Below are positions 25,833-35,987 of a DNA stretch of 45,304 bases, piece by piece. This DNA is from a virus (Duplodnaviria; Heunggongvirae; Uroviricota; Caudoviricetes): the IMG/VR virus record IMGVR_UViG_3300044445_000054; one strand, written 5' to 3'. Position 1 is the first letter of the stretch; every line of letters starts with the position of its first letter. The position numbers and the translations under genes were made by a program. Below the pieces are notes generated by a model that was given only the letters and a program-made list of their open reading frames with translations, was not told where the DNA came from and searched no databases.

Positions 25833-26384
25833 ATGGTCTCGCTCACCTCCGTCAGCCGCCGCTTCGAGCTGCCCTTCACGGTGATCGAGGGCGGGCGCGG
25901 GCGCGTCATGGCCATCCTGTCCGAGACGGACCAGAACTCGCAGCCCAGCTACGTGTTCGTCCAGCCCCGCCACGTTCTGCGCACCCCGGCCCAGACCGCG
26001 TTGCGCGCCGGGATGGTCCTGCGCTCGCCGGGCGGCGCGACGTTCATCGTCGGCGAGAACGGTCCGTCGGAGCAGGTCGAGGGCACGCTGTGGCAGAGCT
26101 TCCGGCTGTTCGAGCCGACCGGCCGCTACCGCTGGGAGCGTCGCAGCCGCATCATGGACCCGATCGCCAAGCAATATAAGGAAGGCCCGATCGAGCTGCT
26201 CGGCATGATTTGGGCCGCTGTCGAGCCGCTGGACCGCGAGCAGTCGGACCGCGAGATGCGGGTCAACTTCGAGCAGGCACGGTTCATCACCGGCTCGCCG
26301 GTTGCCAGTGGTGATCTGATTGGCAACCGCACCATCACCAAGCTGGACAAGCAGCTTGGTCTTCGGATAGGCGTCGTCACCTAA
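25833..26384 (+). CDS. Hypothetical virion protein; C-half resembles head-closure/stopper (gpFII/gp16-like) proteins
   Basis: YRWERRSRIMDPIAK...IWAAVEPL...ARFITGSPVASGDLIG...ITKL follows the stopper sequence pattern. Confidence 0.5.
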   Translation: MVSLTSVSRRFELPFTVIEGGRGRVMAILSETDQNSQPSYVFVQPRHVLRTPAQTALRAGMVLRSPGGATFIVGENGPSEQVEGTLWQSFRLFEPTGRYRWERRSRIMDPIAKQYKEGPIELLGMIWAAVEPLDREQSDREMRVNFEQARFITGSPVASGDLIGNRTITKLDKQLGLRIGVVT

Positions 26385-26387
26385 GAG

Positions 26388-29300
26388 GTGTCGATGTTCA
26401 TTGGTTCCAAGGGCGGCGGATCAGCCTCCTTCAAGCAGACCCCGGATAACCTGCGCTCGAACGACACGTTCGAGGGCGTCCTCGGCCTGTGCGTCGGCCC
26501 GATCAAGGGGCCGAAGCGCGGCCTCAAGTCGATCAAGATCAACGACACGGCGCTGGAGAATGCATCCGGCCAGCAGAACTTCGAGGACTTCGTCGCGACG
26601 TTCGGCGACGGCGACCCGCTCAAGTTCCCGCAGAAGGTCCAGCTCAAGCTCGGCGCGGGTGCCGCGCCCAGTCAGGTCGGCATCACGCTCGGCACGGGCG
26701 TCACCGTCACGCGCACTCTGGCGAACATCAACGCCGACTTCGTCGACATGCGCTTCATCGCGCAGCAGCTGTTCCGGCAGGACGCCAAGGGCCAGTACAA
26801 CGCCACCGCCACGCTCAAGATCGAGATGAAGCCGGTCGGCTCCTCGACATGGATCAACCCCACGATCGGGACGCCGACCTACACCTATCAGGAGCAGGGC
26901 GTCACGATCGCGGGCATGTTCGCGCGCATGCTCCTGCCGCGCGACTACTTCGACGGCGCGGGCAACTACCGCCCCGGCCCGACGAACTACGCCATCACCG
27001 GCAAGACCAGCAGCCCCGCCGTCTACGAGCTGCGCATCGGCCTGCCCAACGACGGCGCGTACGCGAACACGGCGTGGGACATCCGCGTCACCCTGATCGA
27101 GCGCGACAGCTACGTCGGCGGGAAAGACAACGCCGATCAGGAGAAGCGCACGATTACGTGGGAGTCGATGGCGGCGGTCTACGGCACTCAGATGGGCGAC
27201 CACGAGGACTGGCGTGGACTGGCGTGGCTCCAGCTGTACGGCAAGGCGTCCGACGCGCTGACGGGCGTGCCGGAAGTGACGGGCGAATACGACACCAAGA
27301 TCGTGTCGGTGCCGCCCTCGAATATCTTCAATCCCGCGACGCGCGCGTACACCGCGGGCGTCTGGGACGGCTCGTGGGTCAAGGCCTTCACGACCGATCC
27401 GGCGTGGGTCATCAATGATGCGATCTCGGACAGCCTGTCCGGTCTCTCGCTCGTCGCGCGCGGCTCCTACCTGAACAAGTGGGACGCGCTGGAGCTGTCG
27501 AAGTATTGCTCGGAGCTGGTGCCCAACGGCAACGGCGGCACGCACCCGCGCTACAACATGAACCTGACGGTGACCGAGCCGCAGAAGGCGGAGGAGTTCA
27601 TCCGCTATCTCGCGGGCGCGGTCGGCGCGCTGGCCTGGGATCAGGGCAACGGCGAGTGGCGCGTCAAGGTCGACAAGGCCGACAACCCGGTCGACCTGTT
27701 CACGCTCGACAATATCGAAGGCGAGTTCCTCTACTCGCACACCGACGTCGACACGCGGTTCAACGACATCACCGGCAAGTTCAAGAACGCTGCGATGGAT
27801 TACCGCGAGGACGCGGTCCAGCTGTTCGACAACACCTCGATCGCGCTGATCGGCCGCAAGCCGACGACGATCGCGCTGGTCGGCTGCACCGATCGGCAGG
27901 AGGCGATGCGCCGCGTCAAGCTGCGGCTGCGCTCGACGGTGAACGAGAACCGCAACGTCACCTTCACGCTGAACCGCCGCGGCCGGAACATCGAGCCGCT
28001 GTCCACCGTGCTGATCGCCGACGGCGACCTCGGCGATCTGGACAAGCAGACGACGGGCCGCATCGTCGCGCTCTCCGCTGATCGCAAGACGGTGACGCTG
28101 CGTGACCCGGTCTATCTGGCACCGGGCATCCCGTACAAGCTGTGGTTCGCGCAGATCAATCCGAGCTACTCGCCGGACCGCTCGACGCAGCCGACCGACC
28201 CGAACTGGAAGCTGCCGACCGTCGCGCTCTCGCGCACCGTCACGAACGCGGCAGGCGCGGGCATCAAGGTCATCACGCTCGACACCGCGCTGCCGACCGA
28301 CATCGACCTCAATGCCAACGTCGCGCTGGAAGCGCCGGGTCTGCCGACGATCCCCCGCCTGTTCCGCGTGATCTCGGTCATGCCGCAGGACGACGGCGAG
28401 CGCGTCTCGATCTCGGCCATCAACATCGACACCGGCAAGTGGTCGGCGTCGGACAACGTGTCGAAGCAGGACACGGTCTTCCAAGACCTGCGTGGCGCGG
28501 TGCCACCGCCCGAGACCGTCAACAGCGCGCCGCTGCTGTCGCTGGTTCGCATCCTCGGCGACCGCTCGATCCAGATCGGCTTGCAAGCCAGCTGGGTGCG
28601 CCCGGCGGGCGCGTTCATCAGCGGCTTCCGCGTGCGCTACAGCGTCAACGGCGGCGCGATGCAGACCGCAGTGGACCAGCAGCAGACGACGACGTGGGAG
28701 CTGCCGGACGCACCGATCGGTACCTACTACGTCGAGGTCACGACGATGGATCGCCGCGGCGGCTACAGCCTGCCGCTGACGGGCACGATCGACGTGACGC
28801 AGAGCGCGATCGACGAGCTGCGCAACCGCGTGGACGCGATCTACGCCGACAACCTCATCACGGCCGGTCGCGAGAAGGAGCGGCTGATCGCCGACTTCGC
28901 TGAGATCACGGCCCTCTTCAACGCGCTGTCGACGCAGTACAGCAACCTCGGCTCGCCGACGGATGTGACGCCCTCGCGCAACAACGCGGTGGCGGCGATG
29001 ACCGCGCTCGGCACCTACCTCAACACGCTGTCGCCTGCGTGGAATAACGCCGCCGTCGACACGCCGATCGTGCGCGACGAATACAAGAGCGTGTGGCAGA
29101 CCGCCCACGCCCGGCTCGCCACCTTCTCGGCGACCATCACCGGCCGCGCAGGCTCGGACGGCGCGAGCGTCTACAACCTTGTGGCCGACACCGCCGCCAC
29201 GTTGATCGAGGTGAACAAGGTCAGCGGTGTGGGCGGAGGCGGCTGGGGCCAAGCACATGCCCACACGATCGAGAAGTACAAGGACGGTGCGGTCGCCTCG

Positions 29301-31544
29301 TGGATCATTCCGCCGGACGGCAGCAACGCCGCTAACACGATGGCTGGTCTGACGACGCACCCGAACGACTATTTGTCGGGTGGTGCGTACAGCTACTTCG
29401 ACATCAGCTTCGCGATCCACCGCAACGACATCGGTCAAATCTACATCTACAGCGACGGTAACCAGCTGGGGCCGATCGTCAAAACTGTCGATCCCAAGAC
29501 CCAAGCCACTCGCTGTCAGGTGAAGTACGACGGGCTGAGCACGGTGTTCTTCTACGTCGATGACGTCGAGGTGCGTCAATTTACGTGGGCCTTTAACCAA
29601 CCTTTGGCCTTTTCGGTGGCGCTCGCCTCGAACCGGCCCAGCATCACCGACATCACCTTCGCTCCGATGGGCGCACGCGGCGCGAACGGGACCAGCGCCT
29701 ACTCGGCGATCCTGTCGAATGAGGCGCACCCGCTGCCCGCCGACAAGGACGGCAACGTCACGAGCTACGCAGGTGCGTCGACTTCGGTGAAGGTCTTCTA
29801 CGGCGCGCTCGACGTGACCTCGTACTTCAGCGCGTCGATCGTCGGCGGCGACAATCCCCAGAACCTGTCGCTGGGTGGTAGCTACCCGAACTACACGCTG
29901 ACGGGCGGCGTCGATGCGAACGAGGACAGCGCCTCGATCACCTTCACGCTGACGGGCACGGCGGCTTACAGCGGCGTCATCCTCAAGAAGACGTGGAGCT
30001 TCGCCAAGTCGCGGGCAGGCACCGACGGCAGTCCACCGCCGCTCATCACGCTCACGTCTGACAAGGACGTGGCCGCCTACGACACGAATGGCACCTATGT
30101 CGGCGGGCCGATCCGTTTCACTTCCGTCCGCCAGAACATTCCCGGCCCCAACACCTACTTCAAGATCGTTCGGGTGTCGGACGGAGCGGTGCTTGTCGCC
30201 AACACGCCGGAAGCGCTGGCATCCGGCGTGCCCAGCTACTTTGCGGGCAGCGGCGGCGACCTGTTCATCCTGTCGGCCACTGCCGTGCGCGATTACATCA
30301 ATGCCTACGGCACCATCCAGATCGTCGCGTATCGCGACGGCTATGCGGTCGTCGACACGGTCAGCATCGGCAAGGTGCAGGATGGCGCGCCCGGCGTCAA
30401 CGCACCGCTGATCGTCACGCAGTGGTCGGTCGACGGCCTGTCGAACTGGCACCCGAATTACGCGGCGGGCGACCTGTACCAGCGCCAGTCGAACAACGGC
30501 GGCACGACGTTCGGCGCGGTCTATCGCGTCATCGGCGAGGATGCGACCGGCAACGATGGTGTGACCCCCGTCATCGTATTCAGGCGGTCCGCTACCGCGC
30601 CTGCCTCGCCTGTCAACAACACCGGCTTGACGCCCTCCGGGTGGTCGGATGGCCCGCCGCCGGGCGGCGACATCCTGTGGCAGTCGAAGGCCAACTTCCT
30701 CAACAATGTGCAGCAGACCGTGTGGTCGACGCCTGTGCGGATCACCGGGCCTGACGGCCCTCCGGGCAACCCCGGCACGCCCGCGACGGTGGTGACGGCC
30801 AGCACCACGACACTGATCTATCTGCGTAACAGCGATGGTTCGATCAAGGTCGGCAGCGACTTCAAAGAAATCGTCATGACCATGAAGCGCGGCGACGTGG
30901 ACGTCAGCGGTTCCGCAACGTGGTCCGTGGCCGGTGTCGTCAACGGTGCCTCGGGGTTTGGTGTCGGCGGACGGCCCGTCAATATGGCGATCATCGATCA
31001 GGTCTCGGGCAACGGCTACGCGGATTTCACCGGCACCTATCTGGGTGTCAGCCAGACCGTGCGCGTGGTCTTTACCATTCAGCGTGACGCCGCACCGCCT
31101 GCGGGCAACACCTCGCTGTCGACCGCAATCGACGCTGGCTTGGGTTCCAGTCAGACCTCGTATCCGGCTGGTCAGCCGAACGGTAAGGTGCTGACGGTGG
31201 CCGCCAGTCCGAGCGGTCAGCTGCAAGTGTTGTATTACAACACCTACTATGCGGACTATAATTTTAGCGGAAACCGGCCGGTGCGCTTTGTCGTCGCGGG
31301 CATCCCCCGTTACCGCATCCCCGGTGGTACGTGGATCGATTTTCCTGGTGGTGAGAATGTCGGCAGTGACGCCCGCGGTACGGCGTTGGAGCCGATCGAG
31401 GGCACCCTTGGTATCACCAGAACAGTCACTGGACTGAGCGCCAACATTCAGTACGAGGTTGGCGTCGCCATTCGATGCGCCGCAGCGGCCAACACAGGTC
31501 AAGTTGGTATGTCCGGCGACCTTACTGTAAGGCAACCGCTATGA
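26388..31544 (+). CDS. Central tail fibre / host-specificity protein, lambda gpJ-like
   Basis: 1718 aa. TPDNLRS N-terminus, TTDPAWVI, VEPQ/RFN/GCT...A.R hub motifs, FN3 (ASWVRP...FRVRY...YYVEVTT), coiled coil, then modular receptor-binding repeats. Start may be ATG 26394. Confidence 0.9.
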   Translation: MSMFIGSKGGGSASFKQTPDNLRSNDTFEGVLGLCVGPIKGPKRGLKSIKINDTALENASGQQNFEDFVATFGDGDPLKFPQKVQLKLGAGAAPSQVGITLGTGVTVTRTLANINADFVDMRFIAQQLFRQDAKGQYNATATLKIEMKPVGSSTWINPTIGTPTYTYQEQGVTIAGMFARMLLPRDYFDGAGNYRPGPTNYAITGKTSSPAVYELRIGLPNDGAYANTAWDIRVTLIERDSYVGGKDNADQEKRTITWESMAAVYGTQMGDHEDWRGLAWLQLYGKASDALTGVPEVTGEYDTKIVSVPPSNIFNPATRAYTAGVWDGSWVKAFTTDPAWVINDAISDSLSGLSLVARGSYLNKWDALELSKYCSELVPNGNGGTHPRYNMNLTVTEPQKAEEFIRYLAGAVGALAWDQGNGEWRVKVDKADNPVDLFTLDNIEGEFLYSHTDVDTRFNDITGKFKNAAMDYREDAVQLFDNTSIALIGRKPTTIALVGCTDRQEAMRRVKLRLRSTVNENRNVTFTLNRRGRNIEPLSTVLIADGDLGDLDKQTTGRIVALSADRKTVTLRDPVYLAPGIPYKLWFAQINPSYSPDRSTQPTDPNWKLPTVALSRTVTNAAGAGIKVITLDTALPTDIDLNANVALEAPGLPTIPRLFRVISVMPQDDGERVSISAINIDTGKWSASDNVSKQDTVFQDLRGAVPPPETVNSAPLLSLVRILGDRSIQIGLQASWVRPAGAFISGFRVRYSVNGGAMQTAVDQQQTTTWELPDAPIGTYYVEVTTMDRRGGYSLPLTGTIDVTQSAIDELRNRVDAIYADNLITAGREKERLIADFAEITALFNALSTQYSNLGSPTDVTPSRNNAVAAMTALGTYLNTLSPAWNNAAVDTPIVRDEYKSVWQTAHARLATFSATITGRAGSDGASVYNLVADTAATLIEVNKVSGVGGGGWGQAHAHTIEKYKDGAVASWIIPPDGSNAANTMAGLTTHPNDYLSGGAYSYFDISFAIHRNDIGQIYIYSDGNQLGPIVKTVDPKTQATRCQVKYDGLSTVFFYVDDVEVRQFTWAFNQPLAFSVALASNRPSITDITFAPMGARGANGTSAYSAILSNEAHPLPADKDGNVTSYAGASTSVKVFYGALDVTSYFSASIVGGDNPQNLSLGGSYPNYTLTGGVDANEDSASITFTLTGTAAYSGVILKKTWSFAKSRAGTDGSPPPLITLTSDKDVAAYDTNGTYVGGPIRFTSVRQNIPGPNTYFKIVRVSDGAVLVANTPEALASGVPSYFAGSGGDLFILSATAVRDYINAYGTIQIVAYRDGYAVVDTVSIGKVQDGAPGVNAPLIVTQWSVDGLSNWHPNYAAGDLYQRQSNNGGTTFGAVYRVIGEDATGNDGVTPVIVFRRSATAPASPVNNTGLTPSGWSDGPPPGGDILWQSKANFLNNVQQTVWSTPVRITGPDGPPGNPGTPATVVTASTTTLIYLRNSDGSIKVGSDFKEIVMTMKRGDVDVSGSATWSVAGVVNGASGFGVGGRPVNMAIIDQVSGNGYADFTGTYLGVSQTVRVVFTIQRDAAPPAGNTSLSTAIDAGLGSSQTSYPAGQPNGKVLTVAASPSGQLQVLYYNTYYADYNFSGNRPVRFVVAGIPRYRIPGGTWIDFPGGENVGSDARGTALEPIEGTLGITRTVTGLSANIQYEVGVAIRCAAAANTGQVGMSGDLTVRQPL

Positions 31545-32140
31545 AGTATTGGGCCGTCTACCTGACCACGACGGGTGAGATTGTCTCCCAAGTCAACTGT
31601 CCCACACACCCCCGGTTCAACGGGTTTCCTTGGGATGGCACCATCCACACGGCTAAAGAACTGCCTGCTGGTGGTGACGAGGCGTACCAGACTTGGAACA
31701 AGACCACCAAGACTTGGGAGGAAGACCCGACCAAGGTCGAGACCATGCTGCTCGACGACATCAAGCGCAAGGCCGAGCAGCTGAAGATGGGGTCGCTGTC
31801 GCCGGGCGGTGCGAAGAAGACCGAGTACGCCGACAAGGCCCGCGAGATTGTGGCGTGGGACCAGCTCGGCGGCACGCTGGCGGCGATCCTCGCCGCGCTC
31901 GCGCTGCTGCCGCCCGACGTGCGCGCGGTGCGGTTCGCCTATGCCTATGCGGATGCGGCAGCGCACGGCGACACGCCGCAGGCGGCGATCGCGCGCTTCA
32001 AGGCAGGCATGACGAAGTCGAACCCGGTGCCGCGGCTGGCCGCCTTCGAGGCAAAGCTGTGTCTGGACATAAAAAATGCCGCGACCGCCGCGCAGAAGCG
32101 GGCGGTCGCGGCGGCAGCTGCCACGAAGTGGCCTAGCTGA
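31541..32140 (+). CDS. Tail fibre assembly/chaperone-like protein (199 aa)
   Basis: ATGA overlap with the J stop. W...TKTWEED motif followed by the helical ...EYADKAREI...FAYAYA.A pattern. Confidence 0.65.
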   Translation: MKYWAVYLTTTGEIVSQVNCPTHPRFNGFPWDGTIHTAKELPAGGDEAYQTWNKTTKTWEEDPTKVETMLLDDIKRKAEQLKMGSLSPGGAKKTEYADKAREIVAWDQLGGTLAAILAALALLPPDVRAVRFAYAYADAAAHGDTPQAAIARFKAGMTKSNPVPRLAAFEAKLCLDIKNAATAAQKRAVAAAAATKWPS

Positions 32141-32606
32141 GCTTCGTCTCGGGCGCGAACCGGCGGATCATGTCACCCGCCTTGCCCGGCAGCGGGCGGT
32201 CGTCGGACAGGTTGCCGGTCTCCATCGCGTCGAGCACGATCGCCGAGCAGGCCATCGCATGGCCAAGGTGGTGGACGTGGCTGATCGGATCGTAGTCCTC
32301 GCCGTCGAGGAACTGGAGCATGTGGCGCATCGCCGCGGCGACATACACGCGGGCCAGCACCGGGTTCTCGCGCCAGTTGAACGGCCCGTACTTCTTGGCA
32401 CCGTCCATCATGGCGGTCGCCAGATGCAGCGACGCCGACGGCGGCACGACCGACAGGTCGACCTTGGTCGCACCGATCAAGTCCTTGGGGTTGATCCCGG
32501 CCGGGGTCGGGGCAACGCGCTCCAGCACTTCCTCGGTAATGTCGATCGGGACGGGGATGCCCTCGGCGCGGAGCGCGGCGGCGGGGTCGAAGGGAGTGTC
32601 GGTCAT
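32133..32606 (-). CDS. dATP/dGTP diphosphohydrolase-domain protein (DUF5664-like)
   Basis: [17 protein letters not shown]...[11 protein letters not shown]...YVAAAMRH...HLGHAMAC..I is the family signature. Confidence 0.8.
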   Translation of the reverse strand: MTDTPFDPAAALRAEGIPVPIDITEEVLERVAPTPAGINPKDLIGATKVDLSVVPPSASLHLATAMMDGAKKYGPFNWRENPVLARVYVAAAMRHMLQFLDGEDYDPISHVHHLGHAMACSAIVLDAMETGNLSDDRPLPGKAGDMIRRFAPETKLS

Positions 32607-33559
32607 ACGGATACCTCTGCCTTGATGGTGGGGTGGGGGTTGTAGTCGGTGAGGATGATGTCCTCCGGCGTCAGCTCGAACAGCGTCTTGCCGTGGTTCA
32701 AGCGCCCAGCCTGCGGGAACGGACGCGGCGTACGCGACAGCTGCTCCTTCGCCTGCTCGACGTGGTTGGCGTATAGGTGCAGGTCGCCGAAGGTGTGGAT
32801 GAACTCACCCGGCTGGAGACCGACTTCCTGCGCGATCAGGCCCGTCAGCAGCGCGTAGCTCGCGATGTTGAACGGCACGCCGAGAAAGATGTCCGCGCTG
32901 CGCTGGTACAGCTGGCACGACAGCTTGCCGTCCTCGACATAGAACTGGAACAAGCAGTGGCAGGGGCGCAGCGCCATGTCGTCGAGGTCGGCCACGTTCC
33001 ACGCACTGACGACGTGACCGCGGTCGTTCGGCTTGGTGCGCAGGTTCTCGATCAGCTGACTGATTTGATCGATGGGCCTGCCGAGGCTATTCTCATATCC
33101 CCAAGCACGCCACTGGCCACCGTAGACCGGACCCAGCTCGCCGAGTTCGTTCGCCCACTCGTTCCAGATGTTGACCCCTTGTGACGCGAGGTCATTGGCA
33201 TTCGTCGAGCCGGACAGCATCCAGAGCAGCTCGGCGACGACGCCCTTCCACCACACGTTCTTGGTGGTCAGCAGCGGGAAGCCCTTGGTCAGGTCGAAGC
33301 GTATCTGGCGGCCGAACACGCTGAACGTGCCGGTGCCAGTGCGGTCCTCGCGCGGGGTCGGGTCGGCCTCGTGCTTGTCGACCAGTTCCTGCAACAGGGC
33401 GAGGTACTGGAGTTCTTCGTGGTACGCTTCGCCGCCGGGGCCGCGCAGCATGGAGGCGTCGACCGACAGCTCCGCGCTGTTGCCGCCGAACGGCGTGACC
33501 ATGCCGCCATTCGGATCGATCACGGTCACACCGTGGGTGATGATGAGGTCATGCTTCAT
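32603..33559 (-). CDS. thyA: Thymidylate synthase ThyA with about 45-aa N-terminal extension
   Basis: [24 protein letters not shown] (catalytic Cys), [21 protein letters not shown] 33559 is coupled to the upstream stop. Confidence 0.95.
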   Translation of the reverse strand: MKHDLIITHGVTVIDPNGGMVTPFGGNSAELSVDASMLRGPGGEAYHEELQYLALLQELVDKHEADPTPREDRTGTGTFSVFGRQIRFDLTKGFPLLTTKNVWWKGVVAELLWMLSGSTNANDLASQGVNIWNEWANELGELGPVYGGQWRAWGYENSLGRPIDQISQLIENLRTKPNDRGHVVSAWNVADLDDMALRPCHCLFQFYVEDGKLSCQLYQRSADIFLGVPFNIASYALLTGLIAQEVGLQPGEFIHTFGDLHLYANHVEQAKEQLSRTPRPFPQAGRLNHGKTLFELTPEDIILTDYNPHPTIKAEVSV

Positions 33560-33957
33560 GCGAGTGGCCTTCCAGTGAAGTAGCCCGGCCGCGGCTTGCG
33601 GTGACGGGACAGGGGGATCGAGCACAGGTGCAGCCATGCGCCGTCGCGGTGCGTGGCCATGTCATGCGTACCTGCCTCGAACAGGATGCGGGCGCGGTGG
33701 ACGCCGGGGTCGGTGTTCTCCCAGCCGCGGTCGTTGATGCGACGGCTGGCGACGATGTACGGCTCCAGCTCCGCGCGCCCGACGCCGCCACTATGCTCGG
33801 ACGACTCGGTCGTGTTCAGGCTGTGACGACGAACAACGGCCATCACTTCCTCGACGGTGGCACCCACCGTCTTGGAGGCTCGGAACGGCGAGAACCGCTT
33901 GGGGTTCAGACCGTGGATGCGCAGGATGTCTGCCTCGATTTCGGGGGTAACGCTCAC
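33556..33957 (-). CDS. Hypothetical protein, possible N-terminal HTH
   Basis: GTG 33957 has GGAG 7 nt upstream (alternative ATG 33981). Stop overlaps the thyA start. Confidence 0.65.
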   Translation of the reverse strand: MSVTPEIEADILRIHGLNPKRFSPFRASKTVGATVEEVMAVVRRHSLNTTESSEHSGGVGRAELEPYIVASRRINDRGWENTDPGVHRARILFEAGTHDMATHRDGAWLHLCSIPLSRHRKPRPGYFTGRPLA

Positions 33958-34025
33958 TGATATTCTCCGGTTGAATAACATGCCCTTAGTCGATCGACAG
34001 AGGGCATCAATATAGATCGACGAAA

Positions 34026-35945
34026 CTACCCTGTAACATCCCAGACATGATCCGCTACGCCCGCGCCCCGGTGCGTCACGAGGATAATCTGGGACAGGTG
34101 TTTCTTCAGTCCGACCAGTGCTTGCAGCGTCGCCTCGCGGCGGCCCGCGTCCATGTCGCCGTCGATCTCGTCGGCAAGGAACACCGGGAAGACGTGCCCG
34201 ACCAGCGCCATGCCCATCGCCACGCGCAGCGCGATGTTCGCGACCGTCACGCCCGCACCGGACAGCGTCTCGATGCGCTGGCCGCCGACCACGATCTCCA
34301 TGTCGTCGGTCAGGACCAAGTCCTTGAGCTTGCCCATCGTCATGTCGCGGATCAGGCTGGTGGCGATGTGGCTGATCTTGGGCGCGAGCATCGCCTTGAC
34401 CGTGGCACGGGCGGTCGCGATGTCCTTGGCACCAGCCGCGTACTCGTCGGCCAGATGCTGGGCGTCACGCACCTTGGCGCTCGTATCCTTGAACGTCTCG
34501 TTCGCCAGATCGTAGGCACGGCACTCGGCCTCGTACCGCTCCGCCTCGCTCAGCCGCTCGTACAGCGCCGTCAGCTCGTCAGGCGTCGGCACTACCCCCA
34601 ACGCGTCCAGCTGGCCCTGTAGCACGGCGTTGGCGGCCTGCGCCGTCTCGTACAGGTCCAGCTGTTCCTTGTACGCCTCGAAGCGGGCATGGTTGGTGCG
34701 CAGCGTAGCCAGCTCGGCGGACTTGTCCTCGGGTATGTCGAGGGCATCGAGCGCGGCACGGGCCGCCGCGTACCGGGCGTCGGCGGCGCGGGACTCGCGG
34801 TGTTGCGCGATCTCCCGGTCGGTCATGTCCGGCCCATCCGGCAGGATCAGGGCCGGGCCTTGGTGGCGCTGCCGCTGGCGGTCGTCATCACGCAGGGCCG
34901 TCTTCGTCCACGCAGGCACGGCGGGCGGCGGCCCGTCGACGTGGAAGACGTGGCGGCAGCTGGGGCAGGTGATCGCCTCGCTCGGCTTGTAGGCGTCGTA
35001 GATCGCCCACGCCGCCCAGTTAGCCTCCGACTGGGCGGCGGTGAGCTGCGGTGCCGGACCGCGCGCTTCGATCGCGGCGCGGATTACGTTGCGCTCGGCG
35101 GCGGCAATAAGCTCGCTCTCGGGCTTCGCATTGGCCACGAAGATGCGGCACTCCTGCAAGACGTGGTTGAGCCGCTGGCGCTCACCCTCCGCCGCAAGCC
35201 GCCGGGCCTCGCTTGCCGCTAGAGCTGCAATCGCCTCGACTCGGTAGACGGGGACGTTCGGATTGGTCGGCTCCACCCACGTCTTCATCCGCGAGCGGAT
35301 CGCGTCGGCCTTGGCGACGACGTCGCGCAGCTGCGCGAGGTCGGCGCGGGCCTGCGCGCTGGGGAAGTAGTTGGCGGGCGGCTGCGGCGCGTCGCCGGGG
35401 GCGCGCAGCGTCTTGGTCAGCGCCTCGACCTCGCGCTTGAACCCCTTGGCCTCGTCACGGCACGACTTCTCGGTGGCCTCGGCGGCGGTGAGCCGCGCCA
35501 CCTTGTCGATGATCGCCTTGCGCTCGGCGGGACGCAGCTTGCCCAGCCGCTGCACGTCGCCCTGCGTGGCGGCGTTGCACAGGTCGAACACGTCGAGGTC
35601 GTAGCCGAGCAGATCGACGGCCTTGGCCGTCGTCTCGGTCGCGCCCTTGGCGATCATCGACCCGCTCGCGTCCTTCACCCACTCATGGCGGCCACGGCTG
35701 AACGTGTACCGCGCACCGCGGATGGTGAACTCGCCGGTGGCGTTCGCTTCCTTGTAGTCGTCGGCGACGCCGCGCAGGGCCGCCTTGCCGAACAGGAGCC
35801 AACGCACCGTCTCGACGGACAGGTACGTCTTGCCGCTCCCGTTCTCGCCAACCACGGCGGTGATGCCGGATTGGGGTTGATAATCTGCGTTCAGGGTTGC
35901 ACCGCTAAGCGGGAAGAACGCGGCGGATGTGAGTCGGTTTATCAT
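34026..35945 (-). CDS. SbcC/Rad50-like (T4 gp46-like) SMC-family ATPase
   Basis: Walker A GENGSGKT, Q-loop ATQG, central CPSC hook, signature LSGAG, Walker B/D-loop FLADEIDGDMD, H-loop ILVTH. Confidence 0.9.
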   Translation of the reverse strand: MINRLTSAAFFPLSGATLNADYQPQSGITAVVGENGSGKTYLSVETVRWLLFGKAALRGVADDYKEANATGEFTIRGARYTFSRGRHEWVKDASGSMIAKGATETTAKAVDLLGYDLDVFDLCNAATQGDVQRLGKLRPAERKAIIDKVARLTAAEATEKSCRDEAKGFKREVEALTKTLRAPGDAPQPPANYFPSAQARADLAQLRDVVAKADAIRSRMKTWVEPTNPNVPVYRVEAIAALAASEARRLAAEGERQRLNHVLQECRIFVANAKPESELIAAAERNVIRAAIEARGPAPQLTAAQSEANWAAWAIYDAYKPSEAITCPSCRHVFHVDGPPPAVPAWTKTALRDDDRQRQRHQGPALILPDGPDMTDREIAQHRESRAADARYAAARAALDALDIPEDKSAELATLRTNHARFEAYKEQLDLYETAQAANAVLQGQLDALGVVPTPDELTALYERLSEAERYEAECRAYDLANETFKDTSAKVRDAQHLADEYAAGAKDIATARATVKAMLAPKISHIATSLIRDMTMGKLKDLVLTDDMEIVVGGQRIETLSGAGVTVANIALRVAMGMALVGHVFPVFLADEIDGDMDAGRREATLQALVGLKKHLSQIILVTHRGAGVADHVWDVTG

Positions 35946-35987
35946 GGTCTGCCTCTACTCCTATTCATTCTTTATTCCTTTCTCAAT

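Noticed and set aside
26376-26390. CACCT-AAG-AGGTG mini-hairpin over the gpJ SD as a third start-burying stem
   Set aside because: Only 5 bp, too weak to distinguish from chance.
30330-30800. Collagen triple-helix region in gpJ
   Set aside because: G-x-x runs (GPDGPPGNPG, GAPG) are only a few triplets long. They are inter-module linkers.
26388-32140. Diversity-generating retroelement or invertible tail-fibre cassette
   Set aside because: No reverse transcriptase, recombinase or near-identical template/variable repeat pair was seen. The only long duplication is the tube domain, and its differences are not adenine-specific.
32133-32606. 2-aminoadenine (dZ) genome system
   Set aside because: No PurZ-like or HD-domain DatZ-like gene is recognisable in the window. 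The diphosphohydrolase alone is insufficient. It cannot be excluded outside the window.
32603-33559. ThyA as a DNA-hypermodifying dCMP/dUMP hydroxymethylase
   Set aside because: It retains canonical ThyA motifs including the dUMP-specifying Asn in PFNIASY. No glycosyltransferase, kinase or dCMP deaminase partners are visible.
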